Of a stretch of DNA of 64,000 nt, positions 46,355 to 56,164 are shown in pieces. Position 1 is the first letter of the stretch; each line of letters opens with the position of its first letter. Under the pieces are notes generated by a model. That model made no database searches, was not told where the DNA came from, and saw only the letters and a program-made list of their open reading frames with translations. Source of the DNA: a virus (Duplodnaviria; Caudoviricetes); IMG/VR virus record IMGVR_UViG_3300028048_000089, positions 51,329 to 115,328 of that record. One strand, written 5' to 3'. Both the position numbers and the translations under genes were made by a program.

Positions 46355-46773
46355 AATAATACCTCTTTCAATTCTTCCTTGTGTTCAAAACCATAATCAG
46401 TTAGCAATATTGCACCACTACTTTTAGCAACATAGAAACATTTTTTAATAGTCTCTAATTCTTTGAGTTGCTTATAGCAAGAATTACCTAAATCTTGGTA
46501 ATCTTTCATTACTTGTTCTAGGTCTTGCCTTACTTCTTCACATTCTTTAAGTTCTTCTTTAATGATTGATAAGCATTCTTTAAAATAGTCATACATTTGT
46601 TCAGACCATTTATCTTTATATTCTTCAATAAGTATTTCAAAGTCTTTTATGGGGTTTTCTTTTGCCATATCTTTTGTGCATAAACCCATTTCAACATTAA
46701 CCTCTAAACCATTTAAGGTATTAGAAACACCAGTTTTATAGTCACTAGGTTCTAAATTATTCTTGTCTTTCAT
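46351..46773 (-). CDS. Hypothetical coiled-coil protein
   Basis: AGAGGT RBS; loosely similar to 46950..47297 and 47294..47758. Confidence 0.55.
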   Translation of the reverse strand: MKDKNNLEPSDYKTGVSNTLNGLEVNVEMGLCTKDMAKENPIKDFEILIEEYKDKWSEQMYDYFKECLSIIKEELKECEEVRQDLEQVMKDYQDLGNSCYKQLKELETIKKCFYVAKSSGAILLTDYGFEHKEELKEVLL

Positions 46774-46789
46774 AATAATACCTCTTTTA

Positions 46790-46957
46790 TTAACTTACTA
46801 AATCATAGATACCTAGTTTTTCTTTAATTTCAAAGAGAGTGTTAGCAGATTCAACATCATATCTATCTCTTCTTCTAACTTCAACAAATGCTTCTGCAGC
46901 TTTAAAAATTGCTTGTAATAAACTTAATTCTTCTTCTGTAAAATCTTCTTTAGTCAT
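46790..46957 (-). CDS. Small hypothetical protein (55 aa, below the ORF track cutoff)
   Basis: MTKEDFTEEELSLLQAIFKAAEAFVEVRRRDRY..., with an AGAGGT RBS; fills the gap between neighbours. Confidence 0.6.
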   Translation of the reverse strand: MTKEDFTEEELSLLQAIFKAAEAFVEVRRRDRYDVESANTLFEIKEKLGIYDLVS

Positions 46958-47297
46958 AATCTAATACCTCTTTTAATGAATTAATAATTTCTTGGTTTTG
47001 CTTTAAAATTAAATTATATACGATACATGTTTCACCTCTTCGTGCAATTAAGTAACCACCAACTATTTTTATATCAAATAAAGATATAAGAATCTCTAAT
47101 GCTTTTTTATTTCTTAAATAAGATGTTTCAAGATTATTAATTCTATCTTCAAGCATTTTGATATAATCATCTTGTGTTTCTTTTTCTTCAAGTTCTTGTT
47201 TAATGATGTCAAAGTCTTTATTGATTCTTTCATCTTCTCCACATTCCATATCATGAATGTGTCTAATTGTTTTTAATTTATCTAAACCTTCGCTCAT
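46950..47297 (-). CDS. Hypothetical coiled-coil protein
   Basis: Start moved to ATG 47297 (MSEGLD), with RBS and ATGA overlap. Confidence 0.55.
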   Translation of the reverse strand: MSEGLDKLKTIRHIHDMECGEDERINKDFDIIKQELEEKETQDDYIKMLEDRINNLETSYLRNKKALEILISLFDIKIVGGYLIARRGETCIVYNLILKQNQEIINSLKEVLDYD

Positions 47298-47758
47298 GAT
47301 AACACCTCTTTCAATAAGTAATATTCTTCTCTTGTTAACAATGGTTGTTTTTCTCCTTGATAACCAAATGAACGCTGACCACAAATAAACCAACTACTAG
47401 TGCTATTATATTCTTCTAAATAATCTTCATAAGACCAATCATCAACAACACAAGTATAAATAAAGTAATCAGCATCAACTCTTTTCTCTTTAATAACAAC
47501 TAATGCTCTTGAAATGTCTGCAGTATCTATTTTGAACTTTTGACAAATAACCCAATTGTTATGGAGAATGCGCCTCAATTCTTCAATATCTTCAATTCCG
47601 TATTGTTGCATATAAGTTTTAATTTCTTGATAATCTTTAAGTGCTTTTTCAATAATGTTAAACTCTTGACTAAAAAAGTTACCCATTGTAGTTTCACAAC
47701 CAAGAGACAATACTTTTGGCAGTTCTTTTAATAGTTCTAATACATCTAGCTCATTCAT
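47294..47758 (-). CDS. Hypothetical protein
   Basis: Start moved to ATG 47758 (MNELDV), with an AGGAG RBS; ends LTREEYYLLKEVL. Confidence 0.55.
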   Translation of the reverse strand: MNELDVLELLKELPKVLSLGCETTMGNFFSQEFNIIEKALKDYQEIKTYMQQYGIEDIEELRRILHNNWVICQKFKIDTADISRALVVIKEKRVDADYFIYTCVVDDWSYEDYLEEYNSTSSWFICGQRSFGYQGEKQPLLTREEYYLLKEVLS

Positions 47759-47787
47759 AACAATTCTAATTCTCCTTTTGCTAACTA

Positions 47788-48105
47788 CTAATACCACTTA
47801 ATCTCACCTTTGTATGCTTTATTCATAAAATCAATAATTTGTTCTTTATTCGTAAAGTATTCTATTTGAGATATATCTATTTCACTTCTTTTAACAATAG
47901 ATGCAGTTAACCAATTAATAATTTCAGCCTTTTCAAAATCAAATATTTGTGGAAAACCAAAAACTGGTTCATAGTCTTTATTAATTTTTTCACCTAAATC
48001 TTCTTGCAATTCATCTACCCGTTTTATTTCAAAACCTTGGGTTACAATATAACCATATAAAATTGCACCAATAGAACCATCTTTGAAATGAATAATACCT
48101 ATCAT
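47788..48105 (-). CDS. Hypothetical protein
   Basis: 105-aa coupled ORF. Confidence 0.5.
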   Translation of the reverse strand: MIGIIHFKDGSIGAILYGYIVTQGFEIKRVDELQEDLGEKINKDYEPVFGFPQIFDFEKAEIINWLTASIVKRSEIDISQIEYFTNKEQIIDFMNKAYKGEIKWY

Positions 48106-48494
48106 AACAATTTAAACCTCAAATCATCATTCAGTTTTGTTACAAAAATTAAACCTTTACTAGTCCAAATAGCACCATAAAATATATCAAACTTTTCTAT
48201 TGCTTCTTCACGGGTTAATTCTTCAAAATCATCATAGAAAACATCTCTTTCTTTATCATAGTGGTATTCTTCGTGAGCATCTTCTTGCTCACTTTCTTTT
48301 TCTCTTTCCCAATAATTTATCCAGATGCCTCTAAACTCATCACACAACTCTTCAATTGTGTCTGCAAATTTACATTTATTGTTCTGTCTATAACAAAATC
48401 TAATTCCTTTTTTTGTGGGATATATAAATTCAGTGCTTCTACTATTAGACTTCACTACTTCATAAATGCCACTTTCAGTTCTGATGTATTTCAT
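48102..48494 (-). CDS. Hypothetical protein
   Basis: 130 aa; first gene behind the promoter at 48515-48543. Confidence 0.55.
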   Translation of the reverse strand: MKYIRTESGIYEVVKSNSRSTEFIYPTKKGIRFCYRQNNKCKFADTIEELCDEFRGIWINYWEREKESEQEDAHEEYHYDKERDVFYDDFEELTREEAIEKFDIFYGAIWTSKGLIFVTKLNDDLRFKLL

Positions 48495-48514
48495 AGCAAT
48501 ACCTTCCTATTAAC

Positions 48515-48543
48515 ATTATAATGAGGAAAATGAATTTAGTCAA
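48515..48543 (-). promoter_or_regulatory. Sigma70/SigA-type promoter
   Basis: TTGACT-N17-TATAAT. Confidence 0.8.
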
Positions 48544-48676
48544 TAATTATTATTGTAAATTTATTCCTGTTATAAACAGAGGGATACTTCCTAATACTGG
48601 AATAAAGCCTGTATAACCCCAATAGTTAGGTCTCCACCACATTTTGTGTTCATTACTATAAATCATTACTTTCATA

Positions 48677-49276
48677 CTATTTCTCCTCAATATAACACCA
48701 ACCACTTCGTGGAGCACGAGTTAGTCTTGTGGCATAAAATAAATTCTTTACTCCATCAATGACCACATTCTTCTTTAAAAATATAAACTCACTAATCTCT
48801 TTTGGTTTATTAAAGATTTCCAATTTGGTAATGTGAATGGCATAACCATTATTTATATCGCCTAAATAGTCGCTTAATTGGTCGTAAGTAAGGCAACATT
48901 CTTTTAGTAATTCTTCTTGCTTTAATGTATCACTAGCAATTTCATATTCACTACCATAGCCGTCAACTTGGTATTCGTAAAGTCTTTCCACCTTATCGCA
49001 CCAAAATCTAGCGACTACTTTGCCATTGAGTTCACAACCAGGCCAAACTTTATCAATAGGTATTTCTTCAAACTCAACAAAATCTTCATCCCACCCATAG
49101 TCATTATAAGCACATTTTATGTGATGAACTAAACCTTTCTTTGAGTTCTTTGCCACATAAGTATATACCCAACCAACATAGTCTTTAGGAAACTTTTTTC
49201 TAATTAAAACAGATAAATCACCATTTAGTAAGTTACAGCTTTCTTTAGATGATAAAACTAAAATCATTACTTTCAT
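48677..49276 (-). CDS. ASCH/PUA-like domain protein
   Basis: GKVVARF, GYAIHITKLEIFNKPKEISEF and RAPRSGWCYI match the phage ASCH-like pattern; the N-terminal motif is degenerate. Confidence 0.6.
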   Translation of the reverse strand: MKVMILVLSSKESCNLLNGDLSVLIRKKFPKDYVGWVYTYVAKNSKKGLVHHIKCAYNDYGWDEDFVEFEEIPIDKVWPGCELNGKVVARFWCDKVERLYEYQVDGYGSEYEIASDTLKQEELLKECCLTYDQLSDYLGDINNGYAIHITKLEIFNKPKEISEFIFLKKNVVIDGVKNLFYATRLTRAPRSGWCYIEEK

Positions 49277-49289
49277 ATTTAATTCCAAA

Positions 49290-49799
49290 TTACTTACCAG
49301 TTGTATAAGTTAAGCTTTCTAATGTCTCATCTGAAACACTAAAACATGCAGGGCTAATAAACCAGTTAACCCAAGGGTTCTTATAATTGAATTGCCAAGT
49401 TTTAATTTCAACTTTAAACTTATAGACTCTATCATTATAATTTTCAACTTTTTTATAATAATCTTTAGTTTCTAACTTTTCAAAAGTAATATCAGAAGTA
49501 AAAGTTGTTTTACCATTATCTTCTGTAAGTAAATGATAACTTTCTAAGACATCTTTCTCATTTTTTAATTTGTTAACTTTTTCTTGATAAGCATAACCTA
49601 CGCTTTGAGCATAATATGGATTACTATGAATAATACAAACAATACCACAAATAAGTGCAATAAAACCTGAAATTGGTCCGATAATCCAACAAGCCATTGG
49701 ACCTGCATCATCACAATAGTAGTCCCACACTTTAACTAATAAAATACCTAAAGTGATGAGAATGACAAAAATACCAATAAAAATAAGTTCAAGAATCAT
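49290..49799 (-). CDS. Membrane protein with two N-terminal transmembrane helices
   Basis: Two hydrophobic stretches followed by a soluble domain. Confidence 0.65.
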   Translation of the reverse strand: MILELIFIGIFVILITLGILLVKVWDYYCDDAGPMACWIIGPISGFIALICGIVCIIHSNPYYAQSVGYAYQEKVNKLKNEKDVLESYHLLTEDNGKTTFTSDITFEKLETKDYYKKVENYNDRVYKFKVEIKTWQFNYKNPWVNWFISPACFSVSDETLESLTYTTGK

Positions 49800-49802
49800 A
49801 GA

Positions 49803-50471
49803 TTAATTTACCCCCTTAACTAACCCTGCTTTAACCATATCTCTATATTTACATTTACATTTAATAAGTTTATGTTTGTTATCATAGAGTTGAATATCTC
49901 TTGGAACTAAAACTAAGCCTTCCATTTCATGTTTACCACCATTAAGGGTTGACATGTGATGCTCAGCAACATAAGCTTTTGCTTCATCAAGAGTACCTTC
50001 AAAACAAACGGGTACAGACGGTAAACCAAGTTTATTAGCAACATCATCTACATTTGCTCTATTTAAGTCAAAGCCTGCAATATTAACATCAAAGACGATG
50101 AAACTAACATCAGTTCCATTTTCTACATAATCACCACCAGACTTTTGAATTCCAGCACCAAAACCTTCACCAAAGATATAAACTTCCGATTCTCCAAAGA
50201 TTTGTTCAAAGACATATTCCATTTCTGGAGTCATAAATAAATCTTTTAAATATTTATCAAGTTTTGGAGGTATTTGTGCTTTGTCAGTATGCCCAGCAAT
50301 TTCAATATCATGTCCATCCCAGTGAACTCTAATATTAGTACCATCTATTTTTTCAGTACCTTGCCAGATAATATTCTTCAATGTTTCATAAGGTTCATTT
50401 AAGCCGACAACAGTTCTAAACTTTTCATCAAACTTAAATATATTACCAATCTTTTGATATTCTTTTTCCAT
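49803..50471 (-). CDS. ATP-dependent RNA ligase (Rnl2-like)
   Basis: Motif I EKIDGTN, III FGEGFG, IIIa FDV, IV EGLVL, V KCK. Confidence 0.88.
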   Translation of the reverse strand: MEKEYQKIGNIFKFDEKFRTVVGLNEPYETLKNIIWQGTEKIDGTNIRVHWDGHDIEIAGHTDKAQIPPKLDKYLKDLFMTPEMEYVFEQIFGESEVYIFGEGFGAGIQKSGGDYVENGTDVSFIVFDVNIAGFDLNRANVDDVANKLGLPSVPVCFEGTLDEAKAYVAEHHMSTLNGGKHEMEGLVLVPRDIQLYDNKHKLIKCKCKYRDMVKAGLVKGVN

Positions 50472-50473
50472 AA

Positions 50474-50878
50474 TTATCTCCTCACAATATTAAGTAATTC
50501 TTTAGCACTAATCTTACATTCAAGAGTAACATCAATTCCTGCATCAACACAATCAATCGCTTGTTGTGAAATTGGAATTAACTTAAGCATTTCTAAGATG
50601 CCTTGTCTTCTACCATCTTCTTCTCGCCAAGATAATAATTTTTCATATTTATCACATTCGGCATTCCAAGCTTTTTGTGCTTCTCTTTCTGCTTTTTCAT
50701 TACTATCAATATAAACTGTACAACGACTGGCTGAAAGCACTTTACACTTAGGACATTCATAAATATAATCAGTGCAACCATAATAGTGTTGATAGTTGCT
50801 ACCACTCATATCTTCAACTCTTCTATTTGGCATAGAGCCACAGATTGGACATCTCTTTAAGGTAATTTCTTTTTTCAT
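50474..50878 (-). CDS. Lar-like (restriction alleviation) Zn-ribbon protein
   Basis: LKRCPICG...CPKC...EAQKAWN signature. Confidence 0.65.
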   Translation of the reverse strand: MKKEITLKRCPICGSMPNRRVEDMSGSNYQHYYGCTDYIYECPKCKVLSASRCTVYIDSNEKAEREAQKAWNAECDKYEKLLSWREEDGRRQGILEMLKLIPISQQAIDCVDAGIDVTLECKISAKELLNIVRR

Positions 50879-50905
50879 GGTATTAATACCCCATTTCTTA
50901 GTTAT

Positions 50906-50934
50906 ATTATAATGTAGTTGTATTAGGATTTCAA
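50906..50934 (-). promoter_or_regulatory. Sigma70/SigA-type promoter
   Basis: TTGAAA-N17-TATAAT. Confidence 0.75.
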
Positions 50935-50941
50935 GTATTAC

Positions 50942-51208
50942 TTAATTATCTTCACCTACATATTTATAAGGTTCATATTCATCATTGTTAGTTTTACGAA
51001 CATACCTATCATAATGATTTTGTCTATCATATTCTATAGAATCATGTAAATCATTTGCACATTCAGGACAACCATGTTCTCCACAATACATGAGCATATC
51101 ACCATATTTTACTTCTCTTCCACAATGAGGACAAATACATATATAGTTCATAATATCAATAATATCATCAGCTTCTTTAAGTACTTTAATTCTTCCAATG
51201 TGGTTCAT
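50942..51208 (-). CDS. Small Zn-finger protein
   Basis: CPHC...CPEC. Confidence 0.6.
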   Translation of the reverse strand: MNHIGRIKVLKEADDIIDIMNYICICPHCGREVKYGDMLMYCGEHGCPECANDLHDSIEYDRQNHYDRYVRKTNNDEYEPYKYVGEDN

Positions 51209-51462
51209 TTTATTAGTCCTTTCAATAGATTTTTATTATATAAATCATTACAATCATAAACTTTGTTATTTTCTAACCAACCAGAAGATTTAAGTTTTTC
51301 TACCTCACTATCTCCAAGCCAATGTCTAACAATTAGATTATTATCAGCTGTAACATAACTAACATAGTTATCATTACTTGATTTACCGATAGCAACTAAT
51401 TTTAATTTATTATGTCTTCTAAAATTTGCCCAATCAGGACCTTGCAATCTTTTAATTATCAT
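51205..51462 (-). CDS. Hypothetical protein
   Basis: 85-aa coupled ORF. Confidence 0.5.
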   Translation of the reverse strand: MIIKRLQGPDWANFRRHNKLKLVAIGKSSNDNYVSYVTADNNLIVRHWLGDSEVEKLKSSGWLENNKVYDCNDLYNKNLLKGLIK

Positions 51463-52009
51463 TTAAAATACCTACAGCTTTCTTTGCTAATTTCATATTT
51501 AACGCATCTTTATAAAAGTCAGTTCTAATCTGTTCTTTGATGTAATATGGTTTAATGTCAGCAATATCATCATCAAGAATAACAAAACTTTCTACATCAT
51601 GAGTACTAATCCATTCAGCAATTTCAGCACCTCTATCACAAGTGTATTTAATTCCTTTTTGATTAATACTTACATTATAACAATCTTCTTCTTTAAAACC
51701 TAATTGATTCAATCTCTTTATAGATACACCACTACAAGTTTTATCATAGATTTTAAACCCATAAGGCTCAAAGTGTTGATTTAACTTATCAATTCTTTCA
51801 GGACTAAATCTCCATGTAGAAGATAATACAATCTTAGCATCAGTATTTTTAACAATATATGATAAAGCATTTAAAGTATCTTCATATGGCATATCCCAAT
51901 CAAACCACTCTTGTTCAGTAATTAAACCATTTTTGTGTAGGTTATTTAATTGAACTGCTCTATTCTCGGAGTTCATCACACCATCAATATCTAAAAATAT
52001 CACTTTCAT
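51452..52009 (-). CDS. HAD-family phosphatase (Swiss-army-knife RNA repair-like)
   Basis: IFLDIDGV, IVLSSTWR, RGAEI and FVILDD motifs. Confidence 0.85.
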   Translation of the reverse strand: MKVIFLDIDGVMNSENRAVQLNNLHKNGLITEQEWFDWDMPYEDTLNALSYIVKNTDAKIVLSSTWRFSPERIDKLNQHFEPYGFKIYDKTCSGVSIKRLNQLGFKEEDCYNVSINQKGIKYTCDRGAEIAEWISTHDVESFVILDDDIADIKPYYIKEQIRTDFYKDALNMKLAKKAVGILNDN

Positions 52010-52012
52010 AAT

Positions 52013-52651
52013 CTAATTTGGGTCAAATGCAGAGCAACAATGAGTTTCACCTAATTTAAGATTCCAATAATTGCATAAATCATCTTCACAATTACTATGT
52101 TTACAATGACTACAAATATGTTCTTTATATAATTTACAAATCTTTTCATTTAATTCATCTTTTAAAGGCTTAACCACTTCTTCATATTTATCAAAATATT
52201 TTTGTCTATTTAATCTTCTTTGTTCAGCCAAAGCCTTTAATTTTTTATTATTTTCATTTGCTTGTATAGAAGTAATAGCTTTTTGTTCAAAAGTACCATC
52301 ATCTTTAAATAAATATGTAATACCACAAAAACTTGCTTTATCTTCTACAATACCATCTCTATATTTATATTTCTTGTCATTAAAATAAGTGATGATATCT
52401 TTAACTCTATTAATTCTAAAATAGTGATGGTACATAGTATCACCAAAATTAGTTTCATAAGATTGTCTAAATTTATAACCTTCTTCAACTACAACAGAAC
52501 CATCTTCATTAACTTGTTTAATAGTAGTAAAAGTAAATTTGTCAGTATCAGGATATTTTGAAGTACCAAATGTACCAAAAGTTTCTCCACAAATAACAAC
52601 TCTTTCACCAACTTCAAACTTTAATTGTGCTTCAATATTTTTCTTAGCCAT
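52013..52651 (-). CDS. Hypothetical protein with a Cys-rich C-terminus
   Basis: 212 aa; GAGGT RBS; promoter directly upstream. Confidence 0.55.
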   Translation of the reverse strand: MAKKNIEAQLKFEVGERVVICGETFGTFGTSKYPDTDKFTFTTIKQVNEDGSVVVEEGYKFRQSYETNFGDTMYHHYFRINRVKDIITYFNDKKYKYRDGIVEDKASFCGITYLFKDDGTFEQKAITSIQANENNKKLKALAEQRRLNRQKYFDKYEEVVKPLKDELNEKICKLYKEHICSHCKHSNCEDDLCNYWNLKLGETHCCSAFDPN

Positions 52652-52671
52652 ATTACTTACCTCACAGTTAT

Positions 52672-52700
52672 ATTATAAATTTATAGAGTAATTGTGTCAA
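52672..52700 (-). promoter_or_regulatory. Sigma70/SigA consensus promoter
   Basis: Perfect TTGACA-N17-TATAAT. Confidence 0.85.
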
Positions 52701-52923
52701 TAAATTTCTTATCTAACATAATATTTCTAGAGTTAGGACAACCAAATAATTGTTTAGTTGTAAGTTTTTCTTTTCTAGTCATATAAGAAGTTGCAACAAC
52801 TCTATTTGCATGTTTAGAGACACCTTTTTTCATGTCAAGCATTAAATCATCAAGAGACTCATAAGCTCTACTGACAGATGCTTCTCCGTTATCAAAATAG
52901 ACAACACCATAATAATAAGTCAT
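52681..52923 (-). CDS. Hypothetical protein
   Basis: Start moved to ATG 52923 (MTYYYG), with a GGAGG RBS. Confidence 0.55.
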   Translation of the reverse strand: MTYYYGVVYFDNGEASVSRAYESLDDLMLDMKKGVSKHANRVVATSYMTRKEKLTTKQLFGCPNSRNIMLDKKFIDTITL

Positions 52924-52955
52924 AATTAAAACCTCCACTTAGTATTACTACAACT

Positions 52956-52984
52956 ATTATACATCTACATCAAACTATTGTCAA
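52956..52984 (-). promoter_or_regulatory. Sigma70/SigA consensus promoter
   Basis: Perfect TTGACA-N17-TATAAT. Confidence 0.85.
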
Positions 52985-53129
52985 TAAAAAAGATGTTTTT
53001 CAACATCCATTTCCTTCAGTATATACAGTTTTTGACTTTTAAATAACAGTTAATATATAGTTATTCTATATTATTATACAATATATTTTATTTACATTAA
53101 TGCAAAATTACTAAAATTGTAAAGTAAAT

Positions 53130-53160
53130 AAAAAAAGAGGACCCTTTATAGGACCCTCTT
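53130..53160 (-). terminator. Intrinsic terminator after the major capsid gene
   Basis: AAGAGGGTCCT-ATAA-AGGGTCCTCTT-TTTTT. Confidence 0.85.
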
Positions 53161-53187
53161 AAGTATTAGTTAATAAGTGGTAGTCAA

Positions 53188-54546
53188 TTAGTTGCCACTG
53201 ACAACATTGACATCAACAGGTTGTGCTTCATCAACAACTTCACCAGCAACTAATAAAGCAGTGTTTAAAAGTTTGAGGTCATATAATGTTGAGAAACCTT
53301 GACTATTGCCACCATCAGCAAATTGTAATAAGGCTGTTGGAACGATTGCCATATATGGAGCATAAACAGCAGCAGATGTAGCTAAATCATCACCATTGAA
53401 ACCTAAGACAAATTTACCTTTTTCAATAGCTGGGGAGACAAAGACTTTTAAGCCATTGAGTGTACCAGCAAAGTATGGGCCAGCAATTTTACCACGGGAA
53501 GCTTCTTTCCAACCTCTCATTAATGGGAGCATGACTTTGACATCAGATGCACAAATCATGTAGTTGGCAGCATGTTTACCGGTGCGGTCATAGATGATTC
53601 TAGAACCATTTTCTAAGACTTCAGAGAATGATTCATAGTGTTCAGCAAGACTAATACCGTTTGGACGTCTCTTATTGAACTTTAAGGTTTCATCCACTGG
53701 AGCAGATTCGGCTAAGAGTTTAACAACTTCAGTGTCAATTTCATAGGATAATTCACCAACGGCTTGAGTTTGGAGTAATTTACCTAAGTCAATGTTATTT
53801 TCTTGTTGAGCTTGGAAAGCAGCCATTTGAGAGTAGTAAATAGCAATACGTCTTGGTTTGGCTTCTAAGGCGATTCTTTCAACTCTAACATTGTAAATTG
53901 GGAGGTCATGTTGTGGGATTAAGGTTTGGTCATATAAGTATTTAACTTTGACTTTACCAGAAGCACCTTCAACTTTGATTTCACCAAGTTCCCAGTTAAT
54001 AACAGTGATTGTAGCACCAGAATCAGCACCAACTAATTGTGGGGCAAATCTCTTATCAACAGGTGTCCAGGCTAAGACGGCTTTACCTTCGGCATCAAGT
54101 GTAACTTCTTCAGCAACAGCAGTGGAAGTGTAGTTCATTCTATCTTCGGTCATTGGACCTAAAGCAAATGGACTATTGAATTCGTCACCTTGTTTGATAC
54201 CACCTTTATTACTACCAGCAACAAACTTGTAGTATTGGATGGAACCTGTGAAGGATGGCATTGGTTGAACGATAACTAAATCGTTAGCAATGAGGTTTGG
54301 AAGAACGACTGTAGTAACATCTAAACAGAACTTTTTGAAGTTACCCATGTCAGCTCTTTGTGTACCAACAGAGTTGGCAAATGCTTCGTTCATTTTGAAT
54401 TTGATGAATTCAGAACTATTATTTAAAACTTTAGCGATTGTTTCTTTTTGGGCTAAGTTTAAGGAAGCATTTTCATGATTTTTAGCATAAACGCTTTCAG
54501 AGACAGCTAATCTTCTCTTATAAGCTTCAGTTAATGAAGTATTCAT
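53188..54546 (-). CDS. Major capsid protein (T4 gp23-like)
   Basis: LIANDLVIVQPMPSFTGSI, EAKPRRI, ELSYEIDTEV and AAVYAPYMAI are gp23-family motifs. Start moved to ATG 54546 (MNTSLTEA), with an AGGAG RBS. Codon usage differs from neighbours, as expected for a highly expressed gene. Confidence 0.95.
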   Translation of the reverse strand: MNTSLTEAYKRRLAVSESVYAKNHENASLNLAQKETIAKVLNNSSEFIKFKMNEAFANSVGTQRADMGNFKKFCLDVTTVVLPNLIANDLVIVQPMPSFTGSIQYYKFVAGSNKGGIKQGDEFNSPFALGPMTEDRMNYTSTAVAEEVTLDAEGKAVLAWTPVDKRFAPQLVGADSGATITVINWELGEIKVEGASGKVKVKYLYDQTLIPQHDLPIYNVRVERIALEAKPRRIAIYYSQMAAFQAQQENNIDLGKLLQTQAVGELSYEIDTEVVKLLAESAPVDETLKFNKRRPNGISLAEHYESFSEVLENGSRIIYDRTGKHAANYMICASDVKVMLPLMRGWKEASRGKIAGPYFAGTLNGLKVFVSPAIEKGKFVLGFNGDDLATSAAVYAPYMAIVPTALLQFADGGNSQGFSTLYDLKLLNTALLVAGEVVDEAQPVDVNVVSGN

Positions 54547-54592
54547 TATTTTCTCCTTAATTAAATTATTGTAATATGATTTTATTTTATTA

Positions 54593-56083
54593 TTAGACAG
54601 TTTCAGCAACACCCATAAGTGTATCATCTACAAAGTCATCTGTATCTTGACTTATTGGTGCTTTTTCTTTACTACTAATCTTCATTTGGACTTTTCTGTC
54701 CACATTGAATGGTAATTTACTTATGTTAAGTTCATAACTTTGAATGCTTTCACAAACTCTATCAATATCATCAAGTGTATAAGAATTACTTAATTTACCT
54801 TTGATTTCATCAGCGGCAATACCCATATTCTTTGCTCTTAACTCAATATATTTATTGACAGCAGAATTGGCTAATTTCTTATAACCTTCTTTGATTTTGT
54901 CTGATTTTGCAACCTTTGTTTGTAACTCTTCAATAAGTTTATTTGAATTGTTTAACTTCTCATCATAAGATTCTTTAAGAGCATTAACTTCTTTTTCATG
55001 GTCAGTCTTTAAACTGTTCATGCTTTCAGTAAGTTTTGTTGTAGATTCATTCTCTGCAACTTTCTTTGCTTCTTCATTCTCTTTTGTGAGAGTGTCAATA
55101 ACTTGACTCTTTTGTTTAAGTTCTTCTTCTAAAGTTGAAACCTTTTTAGAAAGTTCTCTAGAATTTTTAGCAATAGTTGTAAGTCTAATAACTGTAGATT
55201 TACTTCTTTCTAAGTCTTCTTCTAACTTGCTAACTTTAACATCATTAACTGCGGCTTGCTCTAAGAGTTCTTTGATTTTGCCTTCTAATTCAGAATTCTT
55301 ACTAAGTGCTTCTTGTAAGTTCTTGATTAATTCTGCGGACCCATCATCAATGGCATCAGTAGTTTTTTCAACAACATTTGTAACTGTAGAATCACTAACT
55401 TCTATATTCTCTTCCACTTCTGGATTTGAAACTTCTTTTGGTTCCTCAACATCAATATTGAGGTTATGTAATGCTTCTTCCATTACTTTTCTATCTTCAT
55501 CACTTGCTTTTTCAAGTGATTCACATAATGCTTGTTTCATTGTCTTTTGTTTACTAAGACCTTCAGTGAATTGTAATCTAGCACTTTCAACTGCAGGGAC
55601 TAACACAATGTCAAAGCATTCACAATCGTATGTTTCAGGGTCAACTGCTTCTTCACCATCCTCATCAGTGTATAAATCACCAGTGCCTCTAGATGAAATA
55701 CCTAAAGTTGAACCATAATCACATAAAGTCTTTAAGATTCTTCCATTTGGAGTATCTAAGATATCTAAGTAGGCAATAAGTCTACCATCTTTATCTTTCT
55801 TTGGTGGTTCAGGCATACTAACAGCAATCTTTTCCATATCAATTTCTGTTCTATCTTCTGGGTGGCCTAATTCACCATACATGACTTTATTATTGAATTT
55901 TTCTTTCATGATTGGGTTATTGAAAACATTTTCCCACAATTCTTCAGAATACTTTCTTCCGTTTCTTGTAGGATTAACAACATCAGCAACAGGACCATAA
56001 AGTCTACCTAAAATGTGTCTCTTTTGCTTTTCTTCTGTTGTTAAATCTTCAAATGCCAACATCTCTCTAATTTTATCACTCAT
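54593..56083 (-). CDS. Prohead protease (T4 gp21-like) fused to a coiled-coil scaffold domain
   Basis: TRNGRKY, GELGHP, LDTPNGRIL, GISSRGTG and FDIVLVPA, followed by ~300 aa of charged coiled coil. Confidence 0.92.
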   Translation of the reverse strand: MSDKIREMLAFEDLTTEEKQKRHILGRLYGPVADVVNPTRNGRKYSEELWENVFNNPIMKEKFNNKVMYGELGHPEDRTEIDMEKIAVSMPEPPKKDKDGRLIAYLDILDTPNGRILKTLCDYGSTLGISSRGTGDLYTDEDGEEAVDPETYDCECFDIVLVPAVESARLQFTEGLSKQKTMKQALCESLEKASDEDRKVMEEALHNLNIDVEEPKEVSNPEVEENIEVSDSTVTNVVEKTTDAIDDGSAELIKNLQEALSKNSELEGKIKELLEQAAVNDVKVSKLEEDLERSKSTVIRLTTIAKNSRELSKKVSTLEEELKQKSQVIDTLTKENEEAKKVAENESTTKLTESMNSLKTDHEKEVNALKESYDEKLNNSNKLIEELQTKVAKSDKIKEGYKKLANSAVNKYIELRAKNMGIAADEIKGKLSNSYTLDDIDRVCESIQSYELNISKLPFNVDRKVQMKISSKEKAPISQDTDDFVDDTLMGVAETV

Positions 56084-56164
56084 TTATTTTATTTCCCTCC
56101 TAATTTGGAAGTTTAATTAATATATAAATGTATGAGAAAACTCTCATCTAATTAATTTAGCAAA

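Noticed and set aside
46351-47311. Shared C-terminal 'LKEVL' peptide in several small ORFs as a protein motif
   Set aside because: It is the translation of the overlapping RBS cassette AAAGAGGT(A/G)TTA for the next gene, so it is explained at the RNA level.
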